From NCBI GenBank assembly GCA_040755615.1, contig JBFMAL010000003.1:8507-72506 (forward strand): DNA of 64,000 nt, in the 5' to 3' direction. The notes under the pieces were generated by a model. It saw only the letters and a list, made by a program, of their open reading frames with translations, ran no database searches and was not told where the DNA came from. This stretch comes from Bacillota bacterium. Lineage in GTDB: Bacteria; Bacillota; Sulfobacillia; DUSP01; DYEP01. Of the stretch, positions 9,590-19,458 are shown in pieces (position 1 is the first letter of the stretch; each line of letters starts with the position of its first letter). The position numbers and the translations under genes are program-made.

Positions 9590-10255
9590 TTGTATAATGC
9601 AACTAACGGGGGTGGCGCATTGTCAAAGGAAAGTATACGCCTGAGAAACCTGCTTCTTAGGTTATCTAAAGGATACCTTTCGCTGGAAAAGGCGATGATG
9701 TCCCAATGCTGCAAGCTGAACGCATCCTCAGCATATATCCTTGAAGCGCTAGGACGGCTCGGCCCCACGACCCCCGGGGAACTGGCGGAGGAGCTGGGGC
9801 TTGCCCCTTCCACCGTGACCCGCCAGCTCGACGCAGTGGCCAGAGAAGGTCTGATCGAAAGAACATCCAGAGAGACGGACAGGCGCGTCCAGCAGCTGTC
9901 TCTTACACCCGCGGGAAGACGGATGCTGTCCACGCTGCAGACCGCAAGCCAAGAGGTCACGAAACGGCTCATCCGGAGGATACCGAACGGCGCGATGCCA
10001 TGGGTATTCGAGGCGCTCTCGCTCCTCGCCCGGGCTGTCGGGGAAGAACTAGGAACAGACTGGGAAGAATCTATCGTGGACGAAAAGGCGATTCAACACA
10101 AGGTTTCAGAAAAGTACTCGCTGCTTACTGCGTCGGTTGCAGGGTGCTGCTGCCAGCCGCATACGGGGGAATGTACTTCGAAGGCGCCTATCAGCTCCGA
10201 CCTCTACTCATCAGAAGAAGCAGCCGCGCTGCCGGCGGAGGCGCTCAGCATCTAG
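9590..10255 (+). CDS. MarR-type winged-helix regulator fused in-frame to the N-terminal As(III)-binding segment of an arsenite methyltransferase (ArsM). Truncated by a TAG at 10253.
   Basis: N-terminal MarR-like HTH (…ILEALGRLGPTTPGELAEELGLAPSTVTRQLD…). C-terminal …SEKYSLLTASVAGCCCQ…SSDLYSSEEAAALPAEALSI* matches the ArsM N-terminus (…CC…LYD…LPAEA…ASLGCGNP). Confidence 0.5.
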   Translation: MYNATNGGGALSKESIRLRNLLLRLSKGYLSLEKAMMSQCCKLNASSAYILEALGRLGPTTPGELAEELGLAPSTVTRQLDAVAREGLIERTSRETDRRVQQLSLTPAGRRMLSTLQTASQEVTKRLIRRIPNGAMPWVFEALSLLARAVGEELGTDWEESIVDEKAIQHKVSEKYSLLTASVAGCCCQPHTGECTSKAPISSDLYSSEEAAALPAEALSI

Positions 10256-10410
10256 CTGGGCTGCGGCAATCCCACAGCGCTTGCCCGCTTGAAGGAAGGA
10301 GAACACGGTGTCAACTGCCACGAGCAGCTCCCCGCGCTTTCTCCCGAGGACATAAAAGCGCTTGACGGCAAGTTCTTCGCCGCCTTCATCGAGGCGAAAA
10401 AACCGGAGTA
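10256..10410 (+). pseudogene. arsM remnant (continuation after the in-frame stop, with a large internal deletion)
   Basis: Directly after the TAG the same frame reads LGCGNPTALARLKEGE…, the conserved start of the ArsM methyltransferase domain. It then diverges and ends after 50 codons; no SAM-binding core is present. Confidence 0.45.
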
Positions 10411-10497
10411 AAAGGCGCTCCGGGGCAGCATCCCTGAGGGCCGGAGTTATCTTCCGCAAAAGCCTTTGACCTCAGCTGTCGTTGCACGTAAGAACAC

Positions 10498-10532
10498 CGC
10501 CTCTGCTGTCACGTACGTTCGGCAGAGGCGGT
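10498..10532 (-). terminator. Stem-loop (10-bp stem) downstream of livF; likely transcription terminator
   Basis: CCGCCTCTGC-N15-GCAGAGGCGG perfect inverted repeat 8 nt beyond the livF stop. Confidence 0.4.
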
Positions 10533-10539
10533 GAGACTT

Positions 10540-11268
10540 TCAGCTCCCGAGCTTCACCCGTTCAACATGAAGGTACGACTGCTGCACAATACTTGAATCG
10601 AGCAGTTCTTCAGCCGTCCCTTCCAGCACGATCTGCCCTTTTTGCATAATGTATCCGCGATCCGCCACCGACAGCGCCTTTTTGGCGTTCTGCTCGACCA
10701 GCAGGATAGTCACTTTTTTCTCGTTTTTGATGTGCGCTATGCTCTTGAACACCTCATCGACGAGCACGGGGGCGAGGCCGAGCGATGGTTCGTCCATGAG
10801 TATGAGCTCAGGCTCAGAGAGAAGGCCCCTGGCGATGGAAAGCATGGTCCTTTCCCCGCCGCTCAGCGTTCCTGCCTTCTGCGAAAGCCGCTCGCGAAGC
10901 CTTGGAAACAGGCTGAACACGCTTTCCAGCCGGGCCCTGATCTTTGAATCGTCCCTTTCGAAATAGGCGCCGAGCCGGAGGTTGCTTTCAACCGTCATCT
11001 TCGGAAACAATCCCTCGCCCTGCGGTACCATGGAGACGCCGGAGGCGACGATCCGGTGAGTGGGCATGTTATCGATGCGCTGTCCCTTGAAGTGTATGGT
11101 GCCTTCCGTGGGTCTGACCAGCCCTAGAATGGTCTTCAGCGTGGTGGTCTTCCCCGCTCCATTCGCCCCGAGGATGCACACCACCTCCCCCGGGTCCACG
11201 CGCATGCTCACGTTCCTCAGCATGGGTATTTTCCCGTAGTTCGTGGATACATTCGTCAGAGTCAACAT
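10540..11268 (-). CDS. livF: Branched-chain amino acid ABC transporter ATP-binding protein (LivF type)
   Basis: Walker A GANGAGKTT, LSGGE signature, Walker B ILMDEPS. Confidence 0.85.
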   Translation of the reverse strand: MLTLTNVSTNYGKIPMLRNVSMRVDPGEVVCILGANGAGKTTTLKTILGLVRPTEGTIHFKGQRIDNMPTHRIVASGVSMVPQGEGLFPKMTVESNLRLGAYFERDDSKIRARLESVFSLFPRLRERLSQKAGTLSGGERTMLSIARGLLSEPELILMDEPSLGLAPVLVDEVFKSIAHIKNEKKVTILLVEQNAKKALSVADRGYIMQKGQIVLEGTAEELLDSSIVQQSYLHVERVKLGS

Positions 11269-12044
11269 GCGGTCGCCTCACCTCCCAAGTAAGCCCGTAT
11301 AACCTCTTCGTTCCTCGATATCTCCGAGAAGGTGCCTTCCGCGATCTTCGTACCCGCGTTAAATACCACGACTCTCTCCGTAACCTCGGATATGACGTCC
11401 ATGTCGTGCTCGATGATGACGATGCTGATGTCTTTGTTCCTTTCCCTTATCCGCCCGATGTCGTCCATCATCTCCATGGTTTCCTGCGGGTTTAAGCCTG
11501 CCGAAGGTTCATCAAGCAGCAGGAGTTCGGGGTCTGAGACCAGCGCACGGCAGATCTCGATCCTGCGCCTGTCTATATGGGGTATGTTCCGGACTCTCTC
11601 GTATCGCCTGTCTATCAAGTCCTCGTTGAAGTAGCGCAGGAACTCGACAGAGATTTCGATACTTCTCTCTAGCTCGGCGTTGGATATCCGCGGCTTGAAA
11701 ATGGCGTCATACCAGCCGGTTCTCTGCCTGGCATAAAGGCCTATCAGAACGTTGTCGAGCACGCTCAGGTTCCAGCACAGCCGGCTCGATTGAAATGTGC
11801 GGGAAATCCCCATCCGCTTCACCTCGTATGCGGGCAGTCCCGAGATATCCCGCCCCTTGAACACGATGGATCCACGGGTGGGCTTATAGATACCGCTTAC
11901 CAGGTTGAAGAAAGTGGTCTTTCCCGAACCGTTAGGCCCGATGAGCCCAACTATCTCGCCGCGACACACAGAGAAGTCCACCCGATCCACCGCCCACAGC
12001 CCGCCGAAGTTGATGGAGACTTCGCTGGTCTTCAAAAGTTCCAT
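11262..12044 (-). CDS. livG: Branched-chain amino acid ABC transporter ATP-binding protein (LivG type)
   Basis: GPNGSGKTT, LLLDEPSAGLNPQE, characteristic LivG C-terminal extension. Confidence 0.85.
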   Translation of the reverse strand: MELLKTSEVSINFGGLWAVDRVDFSVCRGEIVGLIGPNGSGKTTFFNLVSGIYKPTRGSIVFKGRDISGLPAYEVKRMGISRTFQSSRLCWNLSVLDNVLIGLYARQRTGWYDAIFKPRISNAELERSIEISVEFLRYFNEDLIDRRYERVRNIPHIDRRRIEICRALVSDPELLLLDEPSAGLNPQETMEMMDDIGRIRERNKDISIVIIEHDMDVISEVTERVVVFNAGTKIAEGTFSEISRNEEVIRAYLGGEATAC

Positions 12045-12076
12045 GTCAATCCCCCTGAAACAGTATTTGCAGGCCT

Positions 12077-14353
12077 TTACAGATCACCCTTCATCGCGCG
12101 GAGCACTTTCTCCGGCGTGGCCGGAAGGCTTTTTATCCTAACGCCCACCGCATCGTATATGGCGTTCGTGATGGCGGGGGCGATGGAATTGCACGAAGGC
12201 TCGCCCAGCCCCTTTGCCCCGTACGGACCTAGACCGTCCCCGTACTCCAGCATGATGCACGTCACGTCCGGAGCATCGGCTGACGTCGGGATCAGATATT
12301 CAGAAAGACTGGGGGTGCGGGTGATGCCCCTGTCCATCACCACCTCTTCCATCAACGCGTAGCCCATGCAGTATATAGCGCCGCCCTCCAGCTGGCCCTC
12401 AGCGCTCAGTGGGTTGATGGCACGGCCCACATCGTAGCAGGAAACAATGCGGAGCACCCGAGTCATGCCAGTCTCGGTATCCACAGCCACCTCCACAGCG
12501 TGAGCCCCAAAGGTGAAGTCAGGGAAAATCTGTCCTTTGATGTCCGAAAGATCGGGCACTTCGCAAAACGGCGCATTGAACTGGGCTTCTGAGAACAGCT
12601 CCTGCCCTTCGTTGGCGCACGCGGCAATCACCTTGACAAGCGGCAGCCGCCTGGTCTCGCCCTCTACAATCACGCTGCCTTCCTTGAGATCCAGCCGGTC
12701 AGAACTCACTCCAAGCATCTCCGCAGCCTTGCTGAGGAGCCGTCCCCGCAGCTCTCTTGCAGCCTTCAGGGTGGCGTTTCCTGACATATACAGTTGACGC
12801 GTGGCGGTAGTCGTGCCCGCAAGCGGGGTGAGCGCCGTGTCACTTACATAAATATTCACGTTTGACATATCCACACCCAGTTCTTCGGCGACTATTTGGC
12901 AGAGCGACGAGGACTGGCCGCCGCCTATGTCCGGTACGCCGCACCTTACGGTGACGCTGCCATCCATCTCCACTCTGACGTGAGACCTCGACGTGTCGTG
13001 CAGGAACATGAGCCGACCGTAGCTCATCATGCCCACGGCCACCCCTATTCCTACCTTCCACGGGGCCGGCATTGAAGTGGGTTCACCGAGCGCTTCCCGG
13101 GCGCGTTCGGCTACTTCGGGAAGGGCCACGTAGCGATCGATCTTCCAACCAGTGGACATGGTGCTGCCCTTCTTAATGCAGTTTATCCTTCTGATCTCGA
13201 GCGGATCAATACCCAGCCTCCGGGCCAGTTCATCCATCTGGGACTCGTATGCGAAATTGGGCTGTATGGCTCCAAAGCCCCTGTTTGCGCTCGTAAACGT
13301 GTTATTGGTGAGCACTGTCATGGCAGTGATGTCCACGTTATCCACTTCGTATGGCCCTGTCGCGTTTACCGCAGAATACATCAGCACCCAGGGACTCAGG
13401 TACACGTAGGCGCCCGCGTCTGAAATCAGATCGGCCTTTAGCGCTACAATTTTCCCGTCTGCCATCGCGCCCGTGGTATACCTCATCACGTAGGGATGCC
13501 TCTTGCTGTGCGAGAGGATGGATTCCTCTCGCGTCCATGTCATCTTACAGGGCCGCCCGGTCTTTCGGACGAGGAGTGCGAGGTATGTCTCCACAGTGAT
13601 GTCTTCCTTGCCGCCGAAGCCTCCCCCAGCAAATGTGCCGATGATCCTCACCTTGTTGTGCGGTACTCCGAGAACCGCTGCTACCCCCCGGAAATGCTCG
13701 ATCACCTGAGTGGACACCCTGATGTTGATCACACCGTTTTCATCAAGCCACGCCACACCGGACTCGGGTTCAAGGTAGGCATGGTCGACAAAGGGAACGC
13801 GGTAGGTACCCTCGATCACCACGTCGGCGTGGCGCAGCGCTTCATCCGCATCGCCGCGACGGATCCGGTACCTCGCGATGACGTTGCTCTCGCTCTCCCC
13901 CACAGGATACGCGCCCGGTCTGGCCGCTTCCTCGGGGTCAAACACGCCGGGCAGCGGTTCGTAGTCCACTTCGATGAGCTCGAGCGCCTCCTGTGCGATC
14001 CGTTCGGTCTCGGCGGCCACTAGCGCGACAGCTTCCCCCATGAACCGCACCTTCTTGTCCGCCAAGACCCTGTACATTCCTTCAAAACCGCTTCCCACGT
14101 CCCGGCTCTGGCCGAATTTAGTGACAGTCTCATTGTTGGGCACGTCCTTTGCGGTCAATACGGCGTGTACCCCGGGCAGCGCTTCCGCCTTTTTCGTGTC
14201 GATCGAGAGGATACGGGCCGCAGGATACCGGCTTCTCAGTACCTTCCCGTAAAGCATGCCGGGTAAGCTGAAGTCATCGGCGTACACCACGTCTCCCCTG
14301 GCTTTCGCCCACGCGTCATGCCTCGGCATCGGTTTTCCTATTACCCCGGACAC
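12077..14353 (-). CDS. Xanthine-dehydrogenase-family molybdopterin-binding large subunit (set 1)
   Basis: …VIGKPMPRHDAWAKARG…, GGGFGGK, Mo-pterin-binding motifs. GTG start at 14353 preceded by GGGGAGGTG. Confidence 0.8.
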   Translation of the reverse strand: MSGVIGKPMPRHDAWAKARGDVVYADDFSLPGMLYGKVLRSRYPAARILSIDTKKAEALPGVHAVLTAKDVPNNETVTKFGQSRDVGSGFEGMYRVLADKKVRFMGEAVALVAAETERIAQEALELIEVDYEPLPGVFDPEEAARPGAYPVGESESNVIARYRIRRGDADEALRHADVVIEGTYRVPFVDHAYLEPESGVAWLDENGVINIRVSTQVIEHFRGVAAVLGVPHNKVRIIGTFAGGGFGGKEDITVETYLALLVRKTGRPCKMTWTREESILSHSKRHPYVMRYTTGAMADGKIVALKADLISDAGAYVYLSPWVLMYSAVNATGPYEVDNVDITAMTVLTNNTFTSANRGFGAIQPNFAYESQMDELARRLGIDPLEIRRINCIKKGSTMSTGWKIDRYVALPEVAERAREALGEPTSMPAPWKVGIGVAVGMMSYGRLMFLHDTSRSHVRVEMDGSVTVRCGVPDIGGGQSSSLCQIVAEELGVDMSNVNIYVSDTALTPLAGTTTATRQLYMSGNATLKAARELRGRLLSKAAEMLGVSSDRLDLKEGSVIVEGETRRLPLVKVIAACANEGQELFSEAQFNAPFCEVPDLSDIKGQIFPDFTFGAHAVEVAVDTETGMTRVLRIVSCYDVGRAINPLSAEGQLEGGAIYCMGYALMEEVVMDRGITRTPSLSEYLIPTSADAPDVTCIMLEYGDGLGPYGAKGLGEPSCNSIAPAITNAIYDAVGVRIKSLPATPEKVLRAMKGDL

Positions 14354-14367
14354 TGAACCCACCTCCC

Positions 14368-14841
14368 CTACTCGTTCCGTCTGGCCACCGCTTGTGTGGC
14401 GTCCACGATCTTTTTGTATCCCGTACACCTGCAAAGATTGCCTGACAGTGCCCTGCGTATGTCATCCCTCGAAGGGTTTTTGTGCTCATTTAGGTAGCTG
14501 GCTGCCGTAAGGATCATGCCCGGAGTGCAAAAGCCGCACTGCACCGCACCGTGAGTGACGAAGCTCTCCTGCAGTGCTTTAACCAGCGGTTCATTCTGCA
14601 TGCCGGACAGCGTCTTTACGTCTTTTCCGTCAGCGGAAGCAGCGAGTACGATGCATGACTTCACGGGCAGTCCGTCAAGCAACACCGTACATGTCCCGCA
14701 GTCCCCCTTGCCACAGCCTGACTTGGCGTCGATAATGCGGAGCTGCGTCCTGAGGAACTCAAGCAGCGTCTCATCAGCGCGTACCTCTGCGGAAACCTGC
14801 CTGCCATTTACCGTGAGTTCTATGGCGTAACCTTCCGTCAT
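14368..14841 (-). CDS. (2Fe-2S)-binding small subunit of molybdenum hydroxylase (set 1)
   Basis: CGKGDCGTCTV plant-type cluster plus QCGFCTPG…CRCTGY second cluster. Confidence 0.85.
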   Translation of the reverse strand: MTEGYAIELTVNGRQVSAEVRADETLLEFLRTQLRIIDAKSGCGKGDCGTCTVLLDGLPVKSCIVLAASADGKDVKTLSGMQNEPLVKALQESFVTHGAVQCGFCTPGMILTAASYLNEHKNPSRDDIRRALSGNLCRCTGYKKIVDATQAVARRNE

Positions 14842-15698
14842 GACATGCCACCCCCGAGCGCCATCTTGATTGCCCTGCCGAGCAGTACTCCGGAAATGTG
14901 TCTCCGGTAGCTTTCTGTTGCCCTCACGTCGCTGATGGGGCGTACCTCCCGTGACGCCACCTGCCGGGCCTCATCCAGCACTTCCGCCGTTAGTTTCTTC
15001 CCAACGAGGAATTCTTCAGTCCGAAAGCCCCTCATTGGGGTTGGTGCCACGGCCCCAAAAGCCACCCTCGCGTACGCCACTTCATCTTTCTGAATCCTAA
15101 GCTCCACTCCAACGCTCACCAGCGAGATGGCCATGGCCTCCCTGAGTCCGAATTTGATGAAGGCCTTCTGATTTTCACTATCCGACGGAAACCTTACCGC
15201 GCGTATCAGCTCATCCCGTTCCAGCACCGTCTTTCCCGGCCCGGTGAAGAACGATGAAAGCGGCACCTCCCGCTCTCCGCGCGCGCTGCATATATCAAGC
15301 ACCGCGTCCAGCGCGAGAAGGGGTACGGCGCTGTCCGCGGCGGGAGACGCGTTGGCGAGGTTGCCGCCGATGGTCGCCCTGTTGCGCACCAGGGGATCAG
15401 CGAATCTCTGCGCCGCCTGGTGAAGTATGCCCGCGTTAAGCTCGATGTCGCGGGAGGCCAAAAGCTCGTTGATTGTAGTTAACGCACCGACAGTCACCAC
15501 GTCGCCGTCTGCGTGTATGCCTTTCAGTTCCCCCAGCTTCTCTATGCTCAAAAGTAGCGAGGGTCTGATCTTTTTCGCCCTCAGATCAGGCAGTACGTTG
15601 GTACTTCCAGCCACAACATACACACCCTCCCTCTCCTCGCCAAGAAGGCGGAGCGCCTCAGTGAGAGTCCGAGGTGCGGCATAGCGCATCTTATACAT
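14838..15698 (-). CDS. FAD-binding medium subunit (CoxM/XdhB-like) of molybdenum hydroxylase (set 1)
   Basis: …VVAGSTNV…, …ATIGGNLANASPAADS…. Start taken at MYKMRYAAP (15698), giving a TAATG stop/start overlap with the upstream small-subunit gene. Confidence 0.8.
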   Translation of the reverse strand: MYKMRYAAPRTLTEALRLLGEEREGVYVVAGSTNVLPDLRAKKIRPSLLLSIEKLGELKGIHADGDVVTVGALTTINELLASRDIELNAGILHQAAQRFADPLVRNRATIGGNLANASPAADSAVPLLALDAVLDICSARGEREVPLSSFFTGPGKTVLERDELIRAVRFPSDSENQKAFIKFGLREAMAISLVSVGVELRIQKDEVAYARVAFGAVAPTPMRGFRTEEFLVGKKLTAEVLDEARQVASREVRPISDVRATESYRRHISGVLLGRAIKMALGGGMS

Positions 15699-16174
15699 TA
15701 CGCCCCCTCCTTTTCTTGCGCGCAGGATAAAATGGCAGAAACGATGCTGGTGTAACCGGTACACCTGCAGATGTTACCCCTGATGTATTCGCGGACCTCC
15801 TCTTCCGAGGGCGAGGGGTTTTCATCCAGCAGAGACCTGGCGGTCATGATCATCCCTGGAGTACAGAACCCGCACTGCACTGCCCCATGGTCCAAGAAAG
15901 CCTCCTGGAGTGGGTCCAGCTCATCTCCCCGGGCGAGGCCCTCTACAGTGACCACCTCTTTGCCATCTATGGCAACAGCCAGCGTCAAGCAGGCAAGCGC
16001 AGGCCTTCCGTCTATGAGCACTGTGCACGCCCCGCACTCCCCGATACCGCAGCCGTACTTGGCACCGGTCAGAAAGAGTCTATCCCTGAGTACGTTCAGC
16101 AACAGCTCATTGGGCCTTACGCGCAAAGTCTTCTTCTTCCCGTTCAGCGTCAGAGTAATGCTCGTCTCCGTCAT
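15698..16174 (-). CDS. (2Fe-2S)-binding small subunit of molybdenum hydroxylase (set 2)
   Basis: CGIGECGACTV and QCGFCTPG…CRCTGY motifs. Confidence 0.85.
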   Translation of the reverse strand: MTETSITLTLNGKKKTLRVRPNELLLNVLRDRLFLTGAKYGCGIGECGACTVLIDGRPALACLTLAVAIDGKEVVTVEGLARGDELDPLQEAFLDHGAVQCGFCTPGMIMTARSLLDENPSPSEEEVREYIRGNICRCTGYTSIVSAILSCAQEKEGA

Positions 16175-17082
16175 CTCGGCACCTCACCTCCCGACCTCAC
16201 CCAGGCCGCCTGCATGGCCTCTTCCGCAAGAATGCGGGAGATGGCCTTCCTGTACTCCGCCGTTGAGCGCGCATCCGTAATCGGCGCGATAGCATCCTCC
16301 ACCATCCGGCCAGCCTCCGACAGGACCTGTCTCGACATTGTCGACCCCTTGAGAAAGGACACAACGGAATCAAGAAGCAGCGGGGTCGGGGCTACCGAAC
16401 CCACCGCAACGCGGCAATCTGCGACCCGGTCACCGTCTCTCTCGAGGTATACAGCAATGTTGACTTTGGCGATATCCGCACTCACCCTCCCTATTTTCAA
16501 GAAACTGCTCCCGCTGTCCGGGCGCACTCCATCTACCAAGAGCTCGGTGAGCATCTCGCCTGGGAGCAGCGCAGTCCGGCCGGGCCCGAGGAAGAAGTCG
16601 CAGAGTTTCAGCCGCCTTTCGCCGGCCACCGAAGAGAGCGTGCACACCGTCCCTAGCACCATGAGCGCCGGCGCCGTATCTGCGGCGGGGGAGCCGTTGC
16701 AGAGATTGCCCCCTACTGTCGCCATGTTCCTCACCGCCGGAGCCGCCATGGACCGGAGAGCCTCGTACAGGGCTGAATAACCGGACCTTATCGCAGGAAG
16801 GCGTAGAAGTGCCGCGAGCGTGGTGACTGCTCCGATGTGAAGGGCCCCGTTAATCTGCCTGACGCCTGAGAGCTCCTTTATGTCTTTTACGTTGACCAGG
16901 TATCGGGGAGAAAGCGCCCCTGTCTTCATCTTCACGATCAGGTCCGTTCCTCCTGCCAGTATGTGCACGTTTTTGTCCCTGTGTTGGTCGAGAAAGTGGA
17001 GCGCCTCGGCTTTCGTTTCGGGTCTTAAGTATTCAAATTCGGGCAGGAGCAACCTAGTGTTCGTTTGATTCTGTGCGTTCAT
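16171..17082 (-). CDS. FAD-binding medium subunit of molybdenum hydroxylase (set 2)
   Basis: …ILAGGTDL…, …ATVGGNLCNGSPAADT…. 4-nt overlaps on both sides. Confidence 0.8.
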   Translation of the reverse strand: MNAQNQTNTRLLLPEFEYLRPETKAEALHFLDQHRDKNVHILAGGTDLIVKMKTGALSPRYLVNVKDIKELSGVRQINGALHIGAVTTLAALLRLPAIRSGYSALYEALRSMAAPAVRNMATVGGNLCNGSPAADTAPALMVLGTVCTLSSVAGERRLKLCDFFLGPGRTALLPGEMLTELLVDGVRPDSGSSFLKIGRVSADIAKVNIAVYLERDGDRVADCRVAVGSVAPTPLLLDSVVSFLKGSTMSRQVLSEAGRMVEDAIAPITDARSTAEYRKAISRILAEEAMQAAWVRSGGEVPR

Positions 17083-19430
17083 CTGGCAACACCTTCTCTC
17101 AGCGCTTCCAGCACACGTTCGGGCGTCACGGGAAGCTTCTTAAAGCGGATACCGGTCGCATTGTATATCGCGTTAACAATGGCGGAGGCCGCGGAGTTGA
17201 GCGCTGCCTCCCCGATGCCCTTTGCGCCCAGGGGCCCGGAAGGTTCATAGGTGTTGGCGAACCCCACCATGATATCGTCTATGGCAGGCATCTCGCAGGC
17301 TGTGGGCAACTTGTAGTCGGTAAGGTAGCCTCCGCATACGAGCCTCCCTGTATTACTGTCGTATGCCGTCTCCTCAAGCAGGGCAAAAGCAAGCCCGCGG
17401 CACAGTCCCCCGATCAGCTGCCCCTTCACCATGTCCGGGTTTATAGGGGTACCACAATCGCCGAGGAGCGCAGCGCGCACGATCCGCACCCTGCCCGTTC
17501 TCTTTTCGACCTCCACCTCGACGAAATGGGTGACGAAACACGGTGGGCAGTTCTTCTGCCTGTAGCTGTCCGTCGCAGCGATGGTGCCCCAGCTTTTAAT
17601 CTGCGCCGTTTTGGCCACCTCGCCCAGCGTGATGTATCTGTCAGGCAGACCTGTCGGATAGATCACCGCCTGCCCTATCTCCTCGTTTCTCGCAAGGCTT
17701 AAGTCCCTAGGGTTCTGCTCGAGTATGCGCGCGGCAAATTCGAGGATCTTTTGCCTTACCTGTTCGGCCACGTGGTGTACCGCGCCCACCCCGCAGTACA
17801 CGCCCCGGGTAGCATGTGTGCACACGTCGTAGCCCGTAGTCCTCGTGTCAGAAGGCGAGATGCCCACCATGTCAAGCGGCACCTTCAGCACCTCTGCTAC
17901 CACCTTGGCGGCGGCTTCCCACGTACCGCCCCCCTGGTCCATGACCGGCGTGATCAGGTCCACTGACCCGTCTTCGTTGACCTTTATCGTAGCGCTTGAG
18001 TAGTCGATGACCTCGCCGGGCTTGGGACCGCCCGTACCAGAGGTGTGAAACCCTCGCGCCACGCCTATCCCGCGCACCACGTCACCGCTCTTCTGCGACG
18101 GGTGAACTCTCCGATCCCAGCCGATCATGGCCGCCCCACGCGAGAGCATCTCTTCCACGCCGCAGCTTTTGATGATAGACCTGACTGTTGGACCCTGGCC
18201 CCAGAACTCGTCTCCCACGCCCACGTAGTTCATGAGCCGGAGTTGTATCGGGTCGATCCCGAGCTCCTCTGCAAGCATATCCATGAGGCTTTCCACAGCG
18301 AAGTTGGTCTGCGGGTTACCGTAGCCCTGCATGGCGCAGGCGGGTACCTTGTTGGTGTACACGGCCCTGCCCTCAAAAAGAAGGTTCTGGAATTTGTAAA
18401 GCGATGCAAACCAGCCCGCTATGCACCCGAGCAAAGGGTACGCCTGGATATTGTGAGCGCCGATGTCCACCAGCGCTTTCATGTGAGCAGCCACAAGCCG
18501 CCCGTCCTTTTTCGCCCCGAACTTCAGCCAGAACCTGACCGGGTACTTCACGTGGTCGTACATGTCCTCTTCCCTGGAAGTCACAAGCTTCACGGGCCGC
18601 TTCGCCCTGAGTGCAAGACCCACGCAGATTGGCGTTATAGAGTTCATCTGGATGCTCGAGCCGAACGCACCGCCCAAGGCGATCCGCTTCACGTTCACTT
18701 TGTGAAGCGGCAGGCTGAATATCTGGCCCAGTAGTTGCCTGACATTATGGATAGTCTGGGTCGTAGTCCAGACAGTGATGCCGCCGTCCGGTTCGGGTGC
18801 GCACACCGCCGCCTTAGTCTCCATCTGGGCGTGGTACATCCTTTGCGCCTCGAACTCGCTCTCTACCGTGATGTCCGCCTGCCGGAAGCCATCCTCCACG
18901 TCCCCCACCGCTATGCTCCTCTCACAGGCGATGTTGTTCTTCACCTGGATGCATTCGCCCCCGAGAAACACGGTATCGTAGAGCCTCGCCCCGCGGGCTT
19001 CTACCATCGCGTCCTTTACGTCGAGCGCAGAAGGCAGCTCTTTGTACTGTACCTTTACCTTGGAAAGAGCCAGCATGGCAAGCTCTTCCGTATCATGTGC
19101 CACTGCCAGCACCGCTTCTCCAACATGCCTCACCTTCTTTGGCAGCACCGTCCGATCCCTGTAAGTCTTCTCAGGGATGCTCACCGTACGTTCGTTGTAT
19201 ACTGTGTCCGGTACGTCAAACGGGGTAAGGCAGACCGCGCCCATCCGCTCTGCTTCGCTCACGTCCACGTCCACAATTTCCGCGTGTGGATGGGGGCTCC
19301 GCAACACCACAGCGTGCATCATACCCGGCAGGTACACGTCGGAAGAATATATCTCGCGACCAGTGACTTTCGCTATGCCGTCCTTTCTTCGAGCGCGCCT
19401 GCCGGCAACCTCAAATTGCCTGGTCTCCAT
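17079..19430 (-). CDS. Xanthine-dehydrogenase-family molybdopterin-binding large subunit (set 2)
   Basis: …GIAKVTGREIYSSD…, GGAFGS, …GEAALNSAASAIVNAI…. Start set at METRQFEV (19430, ribosome-binding site GGGGTGGA) rather than the 5'-extended ORF that would overlap livM. Confidence 0.8.
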   Translation of the reverse strand: METRQFEVAGRRARRKDGIAKVTGREIYSSDVYLPGMMHAVVLRSPHPHAEIVDVDVSEAERMGAVCLTPFDVPDTVYNERTVSIPEKTYRDRTVLPKKVRHVGEAVLAVAHDTEELAMLALSKVKVQYKELPSALDVKDAMVEARGARLYDTVFLGGECIQVKNNIACERSIAVGDVEDGFRQADITVESEFEAQRMYHAQMETKAAVCAPEPDGGITVWTTTQTIHNVRQLLGQIFSLPLHKVNVKRIALGGAFGSSIQMNSITPICVGLALRAKRPVKLVTSREEDMYDHVKYPVRFWLKFGAKKDGRLVAAHMKALVDIGAHNIQAYPLLGCIAGWFASLYKFQNLLFEGRAVYTNKVPACAMQGYGNPQTNFAVESLMDMLAEELGIDPIQLRLMNYVGVGDEFWGQGPTVRSIIKSCGVEEMLSRGAAMIGWDRRVHPSQKSGDVVRGIGVARGFHTSGTGGPKPGEVIDYSSATIKVNEDGSVDLITPVMDQGGGTWEAAAKVVAEVLKVPLDMVGISPSDTRTTGYDVCTHATRGVYCGVGAVHHVAEQVRQKILEFAARILEQNPRDLSLARNEEIGQAVIYPTGLPDRYITLGEVAKTAQIKSWGTIAATDSYRQKNCPPCFVTHFVEVEVEKRTGRVRIVRAALLGDCGTPINPDMVKGQLIGGLCRGLAFALLEETAYDSNTGRLVCGGYLTDYKLPTACEMPAIDDIMVGFANTYEPSGPLGAKGIGEAALNSAASAIVNAIYNATGIRFKKLPVTPERVLEALREGVAR

Positions 19431-19458
19431 TCGTGAATCCACCCCAAACGTTTTCGAT

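Noticed and set aside
10253-10255. TAG in the arsM fusion as a read-through (pyrrolysine) codon
   Set aside because: Pyl decoding is confined to methylamine methyltransferase contexts with a PYLIS element. Downstream sequence shows an additional large deletion, so decay is the simpler explanation.
10211-10459. Minus-strand 82-aa ORF overlapping the arsM remnant
   Set aside because: There is no ribosome-binding site, and it lies antisense to a region that carries recognisable (though decayed) ArsM coding signal.
17751-19436. Long antisense ORFs (e.g. 18045-18734 at 229 aa, 18735-19436 at 233 aa) inside the Mo-hydroxylase large-subunit gene
   Set aside because: They are His/Arg/Pro-rich antisense frames of a well-supported gene. 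This is typical of stop-codon-poor antisense strands at 60-65% GC. The same reasoning was applied to the many other antisense ORFs in the track.
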